Shown piece after piece: positions 38,121 to 46,627 of a DNA stretch of 64,000 bases; positions within the stretch are counted from its first letter, which is position 1, and each line of letters opens with the position of its first letter. The translations under genes and the position numbers were made by a program. The notes under the pieces are model-generated. The model did not search any database. It was not told the origin of the DNA and worked only from the letters and a program-made list of their open reading frames with translations. Origin of the DNA: a virus; the IMG/VR virus record IMGVR_UViG_3300044701_003269, positions 1-64,000 of that record; one strand, given 5' to 3'.

Positions 38121-38655
38121 AAAACCCATCGAAAGTCTTCCATCAAATCCTTTTGTATTTGAGATTTTAGAACTTGCATCTAAACAGAGAAGTAGTTCTA
38201 AAAAAGTAGAAGTTTTAAAAACATACGACCACCCATCCCTTAAAACTATTTTTATTTGGAACTTTGATGAAACGGTAATTTCACTTCTACCTGAAGGTGA
38301 TGTTCCTTATGGTGATCTAAAAGACCAAAATGTTTACTCTGGATCTTTGTCAGAAAACCTGAGGAGAGAATCTCTAGGTGGAGAATCTGCTACAGGCCAA
38401 GACCTTGATGGTAGAGGGCGCACATCTTTGCGTAGAGAGTATCAAAACCTTTATCATTATGTTAAGGGTGGAAATAATACTCTGACTACAATTCGTAGAG
38501 AGATGATGTTTATTAATCTTCTTCAGGGTCTTCATCCTAGAGAAGCAGAATTGTTGATTCTAACTAAAGATAAGAAACTTACCGATAAATATAAGATAAC
38601 ATTTGAGAATGTTAAAGAAGCATACCCTGATATCACCTGGGGTGGCCGTTCATGA
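38077..38655 (+). CDS. Conserved T4-like hypothetical protein
   Basis: LLPEGDVPY...RREMMFINLLQGLHPREAELL. Confidence 0.7.
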   Translation: MATTTTTKKTKTAIEKPIESLPSNPFVFEILELASKQRSSSKKVEVLKTYDHPSLKTIFIWNFDETVISLLPEGDVPYGDLKDQNVYSGSLSENLRRESLGGESATGQDLDGRGRTSLRREYQNLYHYVKGGNNTLTTIRREMMFINLLQGLHPREAELLILTKDKKLTDKYKITFENVKEAYPDITWGGRS

Positions 38656-38990
38656 CAGTAGTTGTTGGAGAAGATATTAAAATGGCAGAATACACTGATA
38701 ATCAAAAACTAGTTCTGCCACATGAATATGGATGTGAAATTCTTCTGGAAAAAACAACTCTAGACAAAGCAAAAGATTCTTCATTTCCAAATGATGCTTA
38801 TTTGATTTGGTATATTGTGAATGGAGATGAGCATATTGATTTAACCAGAGCTGCAAAGAGAGTGAATCTGTTTGATATGTATTATGATAAGTATGGTCCT
38901 GGTGCAGTTCAAAAAATTGATTTTGGATATGGTAGAGTGAGTCCCAAACTTTGGGGATATAAACAACCTGAGAAAAAGAAAAAAAGATGA
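38652..38990 (+). CDS. Hypothetical protein
   Basis: Coupled ORF. Confidence 0.65.
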   Translation: MTVVVGEDIKMAEYTDNQKLVLPHEYGCEILLEKTTLDKAKDSSFPNDAYLIWYIVNGDEHIDLTRAAKRVNLFDMYYDKYGPGAVQKIDFGYGRVSPKLWGYKQPEKKKKR

Positions 38991-39175
38991 GTGAAGGTTT
39001 TAGTGAAGAAAAAATAGAAGTATCTATTTACAAAGATGAAGTAAAAAAACTTCTAAAACAATACAAAAAAATTAAAAAATATCAAAGGTCTTCAATTTTT
39101 GAAGTTAAAACTATGGATGGAACAGAAACTTATATTAGTGATTTGCTAAAGGAAGTGGAGGATAATCCACGATAA
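38987..39175 (+). CDS. Hypothetical protein
   Basis: Coupled ORF. Confidence 0.6.
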   Translation: MSEGFSEEKIEVSIYKDEVKKLLKQYKKIKKYQRSSIFEVKTMDGTETYISDLLKEVEDNPR

Positions 39176-39502
39176 ATGGGAAAGCATTATCTTCTTAACT
39201 TATATGGATGCTCGTTTGTCCTTTTGGACGACGAGCGTTGTCTTATAGACTTATTAGAAAACGCAGCAGTTGCAAGTGGTGCTACTGTGATTCAGACTAT
39301 CTCGAAGAAGTTTGAACCACAGGGTGTTACTGTAATTTGTTTGTTATCGGAAAGTCATATTAGTATTCATACTTGGCCTGAGGAAGGTAAGGCAGCGGTG
39401 GATGTATATACCTGTGGTGATTGCAATCCCAAGATTGGATGCGACATTATCATTCACCAACTATCTGCATCTAATCACACGCTTAGTTACATAGAGCGTT
39501 GA
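39176..39502 (+). CDS. speD: Pyruvoyl-dependent S-adenosylmethionine decarboxylase proenzyme family
   Basis: GKH, FEPQGVT, LSESHISIHTWPE, DVYTCG. Confidence 0.9.
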   Translation: MGKHYLLNLYGCSFVLLDDERCLIDLLENAAVASGATVIQTISKKFEPQGVTVICLLSESHISIHTWPEEGKAAVDVYTCGDCNPKIGCDIIIHQLSASNHTLSYIER

Positions 39503-39549
39503 CAGATTAGTAAAGAAGGTGTAGAATCAATCCAAATATACAATTTATC

Positions 39550-39753
39550 ATGGACTACAAACCCTATAGTATGGAATGGAGTAGGCGCAGATATCTTGCC
39601 GAAGCAATCCAAAAATATTTTGACACTGATGCTTCTTTAGATGTTGTTCTAGATGATATCGTAAGTGTCCTTGAAGAAAATGTAGAGCACCATAAAAGTC
39701 GTGCTGAAAGGTTTCAGGGTGTTTTGGATGGATTAAAATCACTCCCATATTAA
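39550..39753 (+). CDS. Hypothetical protein
   Basis: Behind a TTGACA-N17-TAGAAT promoter near 39499. Confidence 0.6.
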   Translation: MDYKPYSMEWSRRRYLAEAIQKYFDTDASLDVVLDDIVSVLEENVEHHKSRAERFQGVLDGLKSLPY

Positions 39754-39779
39754 TAAATAAACCTATACGGAGATTAAAC

Positions 39780-40097
39780 ATGCTCTCTACTCAGTATCGT
39801 TTACGCCTTGAAGCAATTTGCGAATGTATTGTAAAAGGCGAATCAGTAGAGTTAAGTGAGATGATTTGGGCTGAAAAACTTGCTAAGTCAAATCGTTCTG
39901 CTGCAACCATTTTGAGGCAAGCTAGACGCCGTGCTGCAAATCCAGATATGACAGAAGACAGTCTTGATGGATTTATGAATGCTTTGGACCTGGGGGATCC
40001 TGATCCAACCAATCATAGAACTCGTTTCAATGGCGTGGATGATATTATTGATTTCTTTGGTGGAGATAAACCAGACGACTGGAGACAAAGAGACTGA
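39780..40097 (+). CDS. Conserved cyanophage hypothetical protein
   Basis: MLSTQYRLRLE...LGDPDP...PDDWRQRD; ATAAATA at 39753. Confidence 0.7.
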   Translation: MLSTQYRLRLEAICECIVKGESVELSEMIWAEKLAKSNRSAATILRQARRRAANPDMTEDSLDGFMNALDLGDPDPTNHRTRFNGVDDIIDFFGGDKPDDWRQRD

Positions 40098-40297
40098 TGA
40101 CATACGAAGAGTTTTTGGATATGCCAACAACTTTTATGGATGACATGCTTAAAGTGGTTAATATTAAAAACAAATATCGTTTAAAGTTTACAGAAGAAGA
40201 AACAGAAATTAATCACCATCTTTTAACTTATTGGGAAGAAATGAAGTTAAATGAGATGAGACATAGATTTGAAAAGTGTTGGGAGATAGAGGAATGA
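40097..40297 (+). CDS. Hypothetical protein
   Basis: TGATG coupling. Confidence 0.6.
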   Translation: MTYEEFLDMPTTFMDDMLKVVNIKNKYRLKFTEEETEINHHLLTYWEEMKLNEMRHRFEKCWEIEE

Positions 40298-40497
40298 AAT
40301 CCTTTCAAGAATTCTTATCTGAAGAAGAGAAATCTTCAAAAAGAACTGCTGGTTATATTAATGAACCAAAGGGAAATGAGAAGTGCTCTAACTGCAATAT
40401 GTGGAGACCACCGAACGCTTGCACTGCAGTGAGTGGTAAGATCTCACCCGATGGTTGGTGCAAGTGGCATCAATATAATAGAAAGAACCAAGATTAA
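40294..40497 (+). CDS. High-potential iron-sulfur protein (HiPIP)-like with a capsid-targeting-like N-terminus
   Basis: Y..PKGNEK-CSNC-x8-C-x4-GKISPDGWC; N-terminus MKSFQEFLSE. Confidence 0.8.
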   Translation: MKSFQEFLSEEEKSSKRTAGYINEPKGNEKCSNCNMWRPPNACTAVSGKISPDGWCKWHQYNRKNQD

Positions 40498-40512
40498 GAA
40501 ATAATAAAATTG

Positions 40513-40563
40513 GTATAACATTTTACAAACCTACTTGACTACATAGTTCAACGGGTCTATTAT
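40513..40563 (+). promoter_or_regulatory. NtcA site plus sigma70 promoter
   Basis: GTA-N8-TAC at 40513-40526; TTGACT(40535)-N17-TATTAT(40558). Confidence 0.7.
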
Positions 40564-40570
40564 GACCTTA

Positions 40571-40666
40571 CGTTCATCGGAGAAATCCGACGCAAGTAGG
40601 ACGGCGGAACGGTACGTTCATTCGCTATTCGCAAATAGCGAACGCAAACCGCCCGAAGGAACGGGG
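40571..40666 (+). ncRNA. Tandem glutamine riboswitch (glnA/Downstream-peptide class)
   Basis: Two units CGTTCA...ACGCAA...GGAACGG, each with an internal hairpin; upstream of a YRG peptide gene. Confidence 0.8.
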
Positions 40667-40697
40667 CCTAAAAATCTCATTCTGGAGGAAAATCCTA

Positions 40698-40835
40698 ATG
40701 GCTAAAGTAGTATACCGTGGCATCGAATATGATACCCAGAAGCGTCTGGAGTATCAACAGCAAATGATGCAGCAACCCCAACAGTACAACGAAACCTATC
40801 GTGGTGTTAAGTTCGTAAAGGAGGGACATAAGTGA
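40698..40835 (+). CDS. DUF4278-like YRG-motif peptide, 45 aa
   Basis: MAKVVYRGIEYDT...TYRGVKF; GGAGG RBS. Confidence 0.8.
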   Translation: MAKVVYRGIEYDTQKRLEYQQQMMQQPQQYNETYRGVKFVKEGHK

Positions 40836-40933
40836 TGCAAAAACTCAACGTACTTCAACTCATTAAAGAGCAAAAGCAAAAAGAGCAACGTCGTCACCAG
40901 GCACTGCTTGCAAACGCAGGAGCAGGAAAGTGA
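40835..40933 (+). CDS. 32 aa basic helical peptide (IF7/IF17-like?)
   Basis: TGATG coupling; LIKEQKQKEQRRHQALLANA. Confidence 0.55.
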   Translation: MQKLNVLQLIKEQKQKEQRRHQALLANAGAGK

Positions 40934-41016
40934 TTGCTACCATTGCAGCTATTGCAGGTGCATCAACAGCATTCATTTATCTAATTTATTTTGAAGTTCT
41001 ATTGCTAAACAAGTAA
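40930..41016 (+). CDS. 28 aa membrane peptide
   Basis: GTGA coupling; IATIAAIAGASTAFIYLIYFEVLLLNK. Confidence 0.45.
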   Translation: MIATIAAIAGASTAFIYLIYFEVLLLNK

Positions 41017-41174
41017 TGGATAATTACCATTACCACTATGATGATGCGGACAAGGACAGTAGAGGTCCTGCTTGTTATCTTCTAACATATCGAGGATGTC
41101 GCTATTGGTCTTGTTATCGCATTCATCTAGTGCAATGGTTTGAAAAAGTTTTTAAATACGACAGGGAGGATTGA
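41016..41174 (+). CDS. 52 aa peptide with an LTYRG motif
   Basis: TAATG coupling; YLLTYRGCRY. Confidence 0.55.
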   Translation: MDNYHYHYDDADKDSRGPACYLLTYRGCRYWSCYRIHLVQWFEKVFKYDRED

Positions 41175-41199
41175 CACCTCCCTTTTTTTTGTCTATAAT
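41164..41199 (+). terminator. Terminator with embedded sigma70 promoter
   Basis: GGGAGG/CCTCCC plus T run; TTGACA(41171)-N17-TATAAT. Confidence 0.7.
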
Positions 41200-41222
41200 T
41201 AGCTTTGTCAGCGTTCATATGA

Positions 41223-41408
41223 ATGAATAGAGAAAAGCTTAAGTTGATTGTAAGAAATCTTGAGTCTTTGGTAGAATGTCTTAAAGAAGAAATTAATTCT
41301 GATATCGATACTGATATTAAAGACCCATATTACGAAGAAATTAAAACCTACTTAACTGATTACGACGAAGTGTTTTATGACGGAGATGAAGAAGACTATG
41401 CAAGATAA
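41223..41408 (+). CDS. Hypothetical protein
   Basis: Downstream of promoter; overlaps thyX start. Confidence 0.65.
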   Translation: MNREKLKLIVRNLESLVECLKEEINSDIDTDIKDPYYEEIKTYLTDYDEVFYDGDEEDYAR

Positions 41409-42090
41409 TCAAGTCAAATTGATTAGTGTTACACCAGATGCAGAGAAGCATATGGCTTACTGTGCTCGTGTAAGTAATCCTGCTAACCAAGAGAATGAAA
41501 AGTTCTCTGGTTTGTTGAAGTATTGTATTCAACATCAGCATTGGAGTATCTTTGAACAAGCTTCAATGACTGTAGAGATTAATACCACTCGTGGTATCGC
41601 AGCACAAATTCTTCGTCACAGATCATTTACATATCAAGAATTTTCACAACGGTATGCAGATAGTTCCCTTCTAGGAGATACTATTCCTCTTCCAGAACTT
41701 CGTCGTCAGGACACTAAGAACCGTCAGAATAGTATTGATGATGTTGATCCTTATACTATTCAGAAGTATCAGATTCTAATGCAGCATCATTTTGGTGAAG
41801 CAATGAAACTCTATCAGGATATGCTTGATGCTGGAATTGCCAAGGAGTGTGCTAGGTTTGTATTGCCCTTAGCGACCCCTACACGCCTCTATATGACTGG
41901 CTCAGTAAGGTCTTGGATACATTATATTGATTTGCGATCGGGTCACGGTACACAGAAGGAACATATGGATATTGCAAACGCAGTGAAGTGTATCTTTACC
42001 TGTCAGTTCCCTGCAGTATCTGAAGCACTTGGTTGGAACCGTAATGGGTGTTCTGATTGTGTTGATCCACCATCTGTTATTATTGAATAA
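41398..42090 (+). CDS. thyX: Flavin-dependent thymidylate synthase
   Basis: [32 protein letters not shown]. Confidence 0.95.
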   Translation: MQDNQVKLISVTPDAEKHMAYCARVSNPANQENEKFSGLLKYCIQHQHWSIFEQASMTVEINTTRGIAAQILRHRSFTYQEFSQRYADSSLLGDTIPLPELRRQDTKNRQNSIDDVDPYTIQKYQILMQHHFGEAMKLYQDMLDAGIAKECARFVLPLATPTRLYMTGSVRSWIHYIDLRSGHGTQKEHMDIANAVKCIFTCQFPAVSEALGWNRNGCSDCVDPPSVIIE

Positions 42091-42119
42091 ATATCTGCAT
42101 ATAAAATGGAGGTCTAATA

Positions 42120-42368
42120 TTGGCAACTTACCCTGTTATTAACAAAGTCACAGGAGAACAAAAAGAAGTTGTTCTCAGTGTTCACGATTGGGATAAATGG
42201 AAAGTAGAAAATCCTGATTGGGATAGGGATTGGTCTGATCCAAGCACTTGTCCGTCTTCTGGTGAGATTGGAGAAGTCTATGATCGACTTAAAAAATCTC
42301 ATCCCGGATGGAATGATGTTCTTCACAAAGCATCAAAAGCACCTGGATCAAAAGTAAAACCAATCTGA
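42120..42368 (+). CDS. Conserved hypothetical protein
   Basis: TTG start with GGAGG RBS; ATYPVINK...GWNDVL. Confidence 0.7.
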   Translation: MATYPVINKVTGEQKEVVLSVHDWDKWKVENPDWDRDWSDPSTCPSSGEIGEVYDRLKKSHPGWNDVLHKASKAPGSKVKPI

Positions 42369-42375
42369 ACTAAAC

Positions 42376-43131
42376 ATGCCCGCAAAAAGAAATTCCCCTA
42401 AGTCTCCAGTACCTTTTGGAATGAGTAATAAGCAAATGAAAAGGAAAAAGCCAATCAACACTGATTTAATGAGGAAGATTGAGCCTCTTACTGACAATCA
42501 AGAGGAACTCTTCCGTTGTTACAAACTAGACCAAAACCTTGTAGCCTATGGATGTGCTGGTACTGGTAAGACTTTTATCACTCTTTATAATGCTTTAAGA
42601 GATGTACTTGACGAGAGAACCCCTTACGAAAAAATTTATATTGTACGTTCCCTTGTGGCAACTAGGGAGATTGGTTTTCTTCCGGGCGATCATGAGGATA
42701 AATCCTCTCTTTATCAGATTCCATATAAGAATATGGTAAAGTATATGTTTGAGATGCCATCAGAAACAGATTTTGAAATGCTTTACGGTAATCTCAAAAC
42801 ACAAGGAACTATTAGTTTCTGGAGTACTTCTTTTATTCGTGGAACTACCCTTGACAATGCAATCATCATTGTAGATGAATTTCAAAACTTGAATTATCAC
42901 GAACTTGATAGTATAATTACTCGTGTAGGTGAGAATAGTAAGATTATGTTCTGTGGTGATGCCACTCAATCTGACCTTATTAAGACGAATGAAAAGAATG
43001 GAATTGTTGATTTCATGAAAGTTCTTCGTATCATGCCTTCAGTTGATATTGTTGAATTTGGAGTAGAAGATATTGTTCGCTCTGGATTGGTGAAAGAATA
43101 CATCTTGGCAAAAATGGAAATCGGAGTATGA
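42376..43131 (+). CDS. phoH: PhoH-family ATPase
   Basis: GCAGTGKT, IGFLPG, RGTT, DEFQN, GDATQSD. Confidence 0.95.
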   Translation: MPAKRNSPKSPVPFGMSNKQMKRKKPINTDLMRKIEPLTDNQEELFRCYKLDQNLVAYGCAGTGKTFITLYNALRDVLDERTPYEKIYIVRSLVATREIGFLPGDHEDKSSLYQIPYKNMVKYMFEMPSETDFEMLYGNLKTQGTISFWSTSFIRGTTLDNAIIIVDEFQNLNYHELDSIITRVGENSKIMFCGDATQSDLIKTNEKNGIVDFMKVLRIMPSVDIVEFGVEDIVRSGLVKEYILAKMEIGV

Positions 43132-43808
43132 GTTTTATTCATCATAATTATTTGGGTGATATTGAATTAGATTGCAAAACAACAGAAAGCATCCGTCTCT
43201 ATAATCTTCCTAATGGAGACTGGGTGCCTTCTATTACATCTGTCACTTCTTTTTATAATCGACAAGTATTTGTTGATTGGAGGAAGCGTGTAGGTATTGA
43301 AGAAGCAAATCGTATTACAAAAAAGGCAACAGCAAGGGGAACGGATTTTCACCAAGTATGTCAGGACTATCTTGAAAACAAGGAGTTGAATTGGGATGAT
43401 TATCAACTCTTGACAAAACATATGTTTTTTCATGCAAAGCCATATTTGGATAAGATAAATAATATTCACGCAATCGAGAGAACTCTTTACTCAGAATATC
43501 TTGGACTTGCGGGAAGAGTAGACTGTATCGCAGAGTATGAAGGAGAACTTGCAGTTATTGACTTCAAGACTTCTGAAAAAATTAAACCAGAAAAGTGGAT
43601 TGAAAATTATTTCGTGCAAGAAACTTTTTATGCAGCTGCATATTATGAACTCACTGGACAAGTAGTTAAAAAACTTATTACACTGATGGTTACTCCTGGA
43701 GGAGAAGTCCAAGTATTTGACAAAAGAAACAAAGGGGATTATATTAAACTATTAGTTCGTTATATTAAAGAATTTGTACATCACAATACTGGGTCAGATG
43801 GAGAATGA
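43128..43808 (+). CDS. PD-(D/E)XK exonuclease
   Basis: PSITSV, RGTDFH, AGRVDC, IDFKTS. Confidence 0.85.
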   Translation: MSFIHHNYLGDIELDCKTTESIRLYNLPNGDWVPSITSVTSFYNRQVFVDWRKRVGIEEANRITKKATARGTDFHQVCQDYLENKELNWDDYQLLTKHMFFHAKPYLDKINNIHAIERTLYSEYLGLAGRVDCIAEYEGELAVIDFKTSEKIKPEKWIENYFVQETFYAAAYYELTGQVVKKLITLMVTPGGEVQVFDKRNKGDYIKLLVRYIKEFVHHNTGSDGE

Positions 43809-44055
43809 ATTAGAAAAAGCATTAGAAAGTAAGTTCTTTTGTCCATCAAGGTTCGCACAAGAGATTGAAAACCTTGTGCAAATTAATCCAGAAATGAACT
43901 ATATTGATGCTATCGTTCATTTCTGCGAGCAAAATAATATTGATTTAGAATCAGTTCCTAAACTTATTTCTAAACCATTGAAGGAAAAGATTAAGTATGA
44001 AGCAATGGAACTTAACTTTCTAAAGAAAACTTCCCGCGCAAAATTAGTTTTTTGA
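43798..44055 (+). CDS. gp33: Late transcription coactivator
   Basis: FAQEIE...YIDAI...LKEKIKYEAMELNFL; synteny with gp59 and gp32. Confidence 0.85.
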   Translation: MENELEKALESKFFCPSRFAQEIENLVQINPEMNYIDAIVHFCEQNNIDLESVPKLISKPLKEKIKYEAMELNFLKKTSRAKLVF

Positions 44056-44652
44056 ATGATGCCTGTTGATGCTTATCGTTGTTATCTGTCTTTAAAGAAT
44101 CACTTTACTAAAGACAGTTATGATTATCACAAATACTGTGGTAAAAGTCGTGCTACCGTACAATCTTTCTACAAACGTAAAGATAGATTTTGGTTCGAGA
44201 AAGTATCAAGACAAAAGACAGATCAAGAAATTGTTGAATTTTTCGTATCAAATTTTGTTGCATGTACTGATCCCAGTAAATTGTGGATTGGTGAGATGAT
44301 GCGTGATGGTGAAGATAGATATGAATCTTGGAAAAAGAGAAACCAGTCTCTTTCTTATGTTTTCAAAGAAGAAACTCAAAGTTTATTTGAAGACCAAAAA
44401 GTAGATGAGGTTTTTGATTGTTCTAAAGGTCATCCACCCATTCTTAAAAATTTCCTGAGCGGGAAGATTAGCCCTGAAACTATGGTGATTTATGATAAGA
44501 TTTTCCTGTTCGGGAAAGATTTTGATAGGAAACTTCAAGACCCTGTGTGGGAAACCGTCAGTCGTAGACTTAAAAAATATTCTTCATTTCTAAATATTGA
44601 TGTACCACGTTATAAGAATATTTTGAAAGAAATTATTCTGAAGGGAAAATGA
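44056..44652 (+). CDS. gp59: Helicase loader
   Basis: YLSLKNHF...YDY.KY, FYKRKDRFWFEK. Confidence 0.88.
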   Translation: MMPVDAYRCYLSLKNHFTKDSYDYHKYCGKSRATVQSFYKRKDRFWFEKVSRQKTDQEIVEFFVSNFVACTDPSKLWIGEMMRDGEDRYESWKKRNQSLSYVFKEETQSLFEDQKVDEVFDCSKGHPPILKNFLSGKISPETMVIYDKIFLFGKDFDRKLQDPVWETVSRRLKKYSSFLNIDVPRYKNILKEIILKGK

Positions 44653-44993
44653 GTTTCTTTAATTCTGAAGTTGTCCGTGCAGAGATGACTGAAATCAGTG
44701 AACTACAGGAAGAGGTTTATCAAAACGTCTTCAAGTTTCCTTCAATGTCAAAGGAAGAAAAACTACATCATGTAAATATTCTAGAAAAACTTCTTGATAA
44801 ACAAAAAGTTCTTTATACTCGTTTGAGTCTATCTGATGACCCAGAAGCGATTCAAATGAAAGAACGTATTACAGAGTCTGCATCAATGATGGGCCTTCCT
44901 CCCAACGTTGATATGAATGTCATCTTTAACAATATGTCTCAGATGCTAGATGTCATGAAGCAGCAGATTGACAAGACAGGTTCCGACCTGTAG
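44649..44993 (+). CDS. Conserved cyanophage protein (DUF1825-like)
   Basis: MSFFNSEVV...YTRLSLSDDPEA. Confidence 0.7.
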   Translation: MSFFNSEVVRAEMTEISELQEEVYQNVFKFPSMSKEEKLHHVNILEKLLDKQKVLYTRLSLSDDPEAIQMKERITESASMMGLPPNVDMNVIFNNMSQMLDVMKQQIDKTGSDL

Positions 44994-45042
44994 AATAACA
45001 AGGTACACAAAGGCCAAATCCTTACAAATACGAGGTAATCTA

Positions 45043-45957
45043 ATGTCTTTTTCTGATCTCAAAAAGCAATCTTCTCTTGGTTCGTTGACTTCCAAACTGG
45101 TAAAGGAAGTAGAGAAGATGAGCAATACTTCTGGTGGCGCTGATGAGCGTCTCTGGAAACCTGAAATGGATAAAACTGGTAATGGTTTCGCAGTTATCCG
45201 TTTCCTCCCTGCACCTGAGGGAGAAGAACTTCCCTGGGCGAAACTCTATACTCATGCCTTCCAAGGTCCTGGTGGTTGGTATATTGAAAACTCTCTGACT
45301 ACAGTTGGTCAGAAAGATCCTGTATCCGAGCACAACCGTGAACTCTGGAACAGTGGTAGTGATGCTGACAAAGAAACTGTTCGTAAGCAGAAGCGTAAGC
45401 TGTCTTATTACTCTAACATCTATGTTGTAAAGGATCCTGCTAATCCTGCAAACGAAGGTAAAGTCTTCCTATTCAAGTATGGTAAGAAGATCTTTGATAA
45501 GATTATGGAAGCAATGCAACCTGAGTTTGAGGATGAAACTCCTATCAATCCTTTTGACTTCTGGCAAGGTGCTAACTTCAAACTCAAAATCGTAAAGAAA
45601 GATGGGTATTGGAACTATGACAAGTCAGAGTTTGACCGAGTTGCACCACTGCTGGATGATGATGATGCTCTTGAAGCCGTCTGGAAGAAAGAGTATTCTC
45701 TCGCAGCAGTAACTGCTCCAGACCAGTTCAAGTCTTATGAAGATCTTGAGAAGCGTCTCAAGTATGTTCTAGGTCAAAAGTCTGCTAATCGTCCTCGTCT
45801 GGATGAAGAGGTAGATAATGAAGATAATGATCGTGGTAGTTATACTCCCGACTTTACTTCACGTCGTCCCGAACCAGAACTTCCTGTTGTAAGTTCTTCT
45901 AATGATGAAGACGAAGATGATGCACTCTCATACTTCCAGCGTCTTGCTGAAGAATGA
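45043..45957 (+). CDS. gp32: Single-stranded DNA-binding protein
   Basis: DERLWK, AVIRFLP, WYIENS, YGKKIFDKI, acidic tail. Confidence 0.95.
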   Translation: MSFSDLKKQSSLGSLTSKLVKEVEKMSNTSGGADERLWKPEMDKTGNGFAVIRFLPAPEGEELPWAKLYTHAFQGPGGWYIENSLTTVGQKDPVSEHNRELWNSGSDADKETVRKQKRKLSYYSNIYVVKDPANPANEGKVFLFKYGKKIFDKIMEAMQPEFEDETPINPFDFWQGANFKLKIVKKDGYWNYDKSEFDRVAPLLDDDDALEAVWKKEYSLAAVTAPDQFKSYEDLEKRLKYVLGQKSANRPRLDEEVDNEDNDRGSYTPDFTSRRPEPELPVVSSSNDEDEDDALSYFQRLAEE

Positions 45958-46626
45958 TTAGTGGAATAATCTAATATTTTCTCCTCTCTTCAAGGTGTCG
46001 CTTACATACTGAGCGCCACCTTTTTTGTATTTAAAGATAGATTCTAAGTCTCTGAATACAACAGTTAAGTATTGTGGTTTAAGGACAAAAATATTTCTCT
46101 TATCGTCTTCAAGTTTTTGTTCGTATTGATAGTTGGTAACTTCTCTTGTGATATTTGATGCTGTTACTTTTCTTTCTAGTCCATCATCAAAATAACTTGT
46201 AGAAAAATCAGAATCAACTATAAGACCTTCTGGAATAATTACAATTCCATTTGAATTCTTTACTTCAACTGTTTCATAATGTTTGGTTGCATTGATTTTT
46301 TGGAATGTTCCATACTTCTCAAACAAATAATTTTCAAATGAATCTTGAGTTAATGGCCATTCTGTTTGGATATTTAAAATATTATTTGAAAGTAAAATAA
46401 CCCAATCTAAAGTTGGATCATCATAAAGTTTAAAAGCAACATTGTCAGGTCTTTCATCTCCAATTATTTTATATTTTTCAAAGAACTGTAGATTATTAAA
46501 AATGTCCTCTCTTATCTTTCCTCTTTTGAAAAGATTTTTGACAGTCTGATAATCAGATATTCTCTGACTATCTTTATTCCTATTAACGTAATCGAAGTCT
46601 GGAACTCTGCGGAAGTAATTTGACAT
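45958..46626 (-). CDS. gp53: Baseplate wedge subunit
   Basis: YF...ERPDNVAFKLY...WVILLSNNI...WPL. Confidence 0.85.
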   Translation of the reverse strand: MSNYFRRVPDFDYVNRNKDSQRISDYQTVKNLFKRGKIREDIFNNLQFFEKYKIIGDERPDNVAFKLYDDPTLDWVILLSNNILNIQTEWPLTQDSFENYLFEKYGTFQKINATKHYETVEVKNSNGIVIIPEGLIVDSDFSTSYFDDGLERKVTASNITREVTNYQYEQKLEDDKRNIFVLKPQYLTVVFRDLESIFKYKKGGAQYVSDTLKRGENIRLFH

Positions 46627-46627
46627 A

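Noticed and set aside
43128-43808. Cas4-like nuclease suggesting a CRISPR system
   Set aside because: No repeat-spacer array or other cas genes; lacks the Cas4 Cys cluster; usual phage exonuclease next to phoH.
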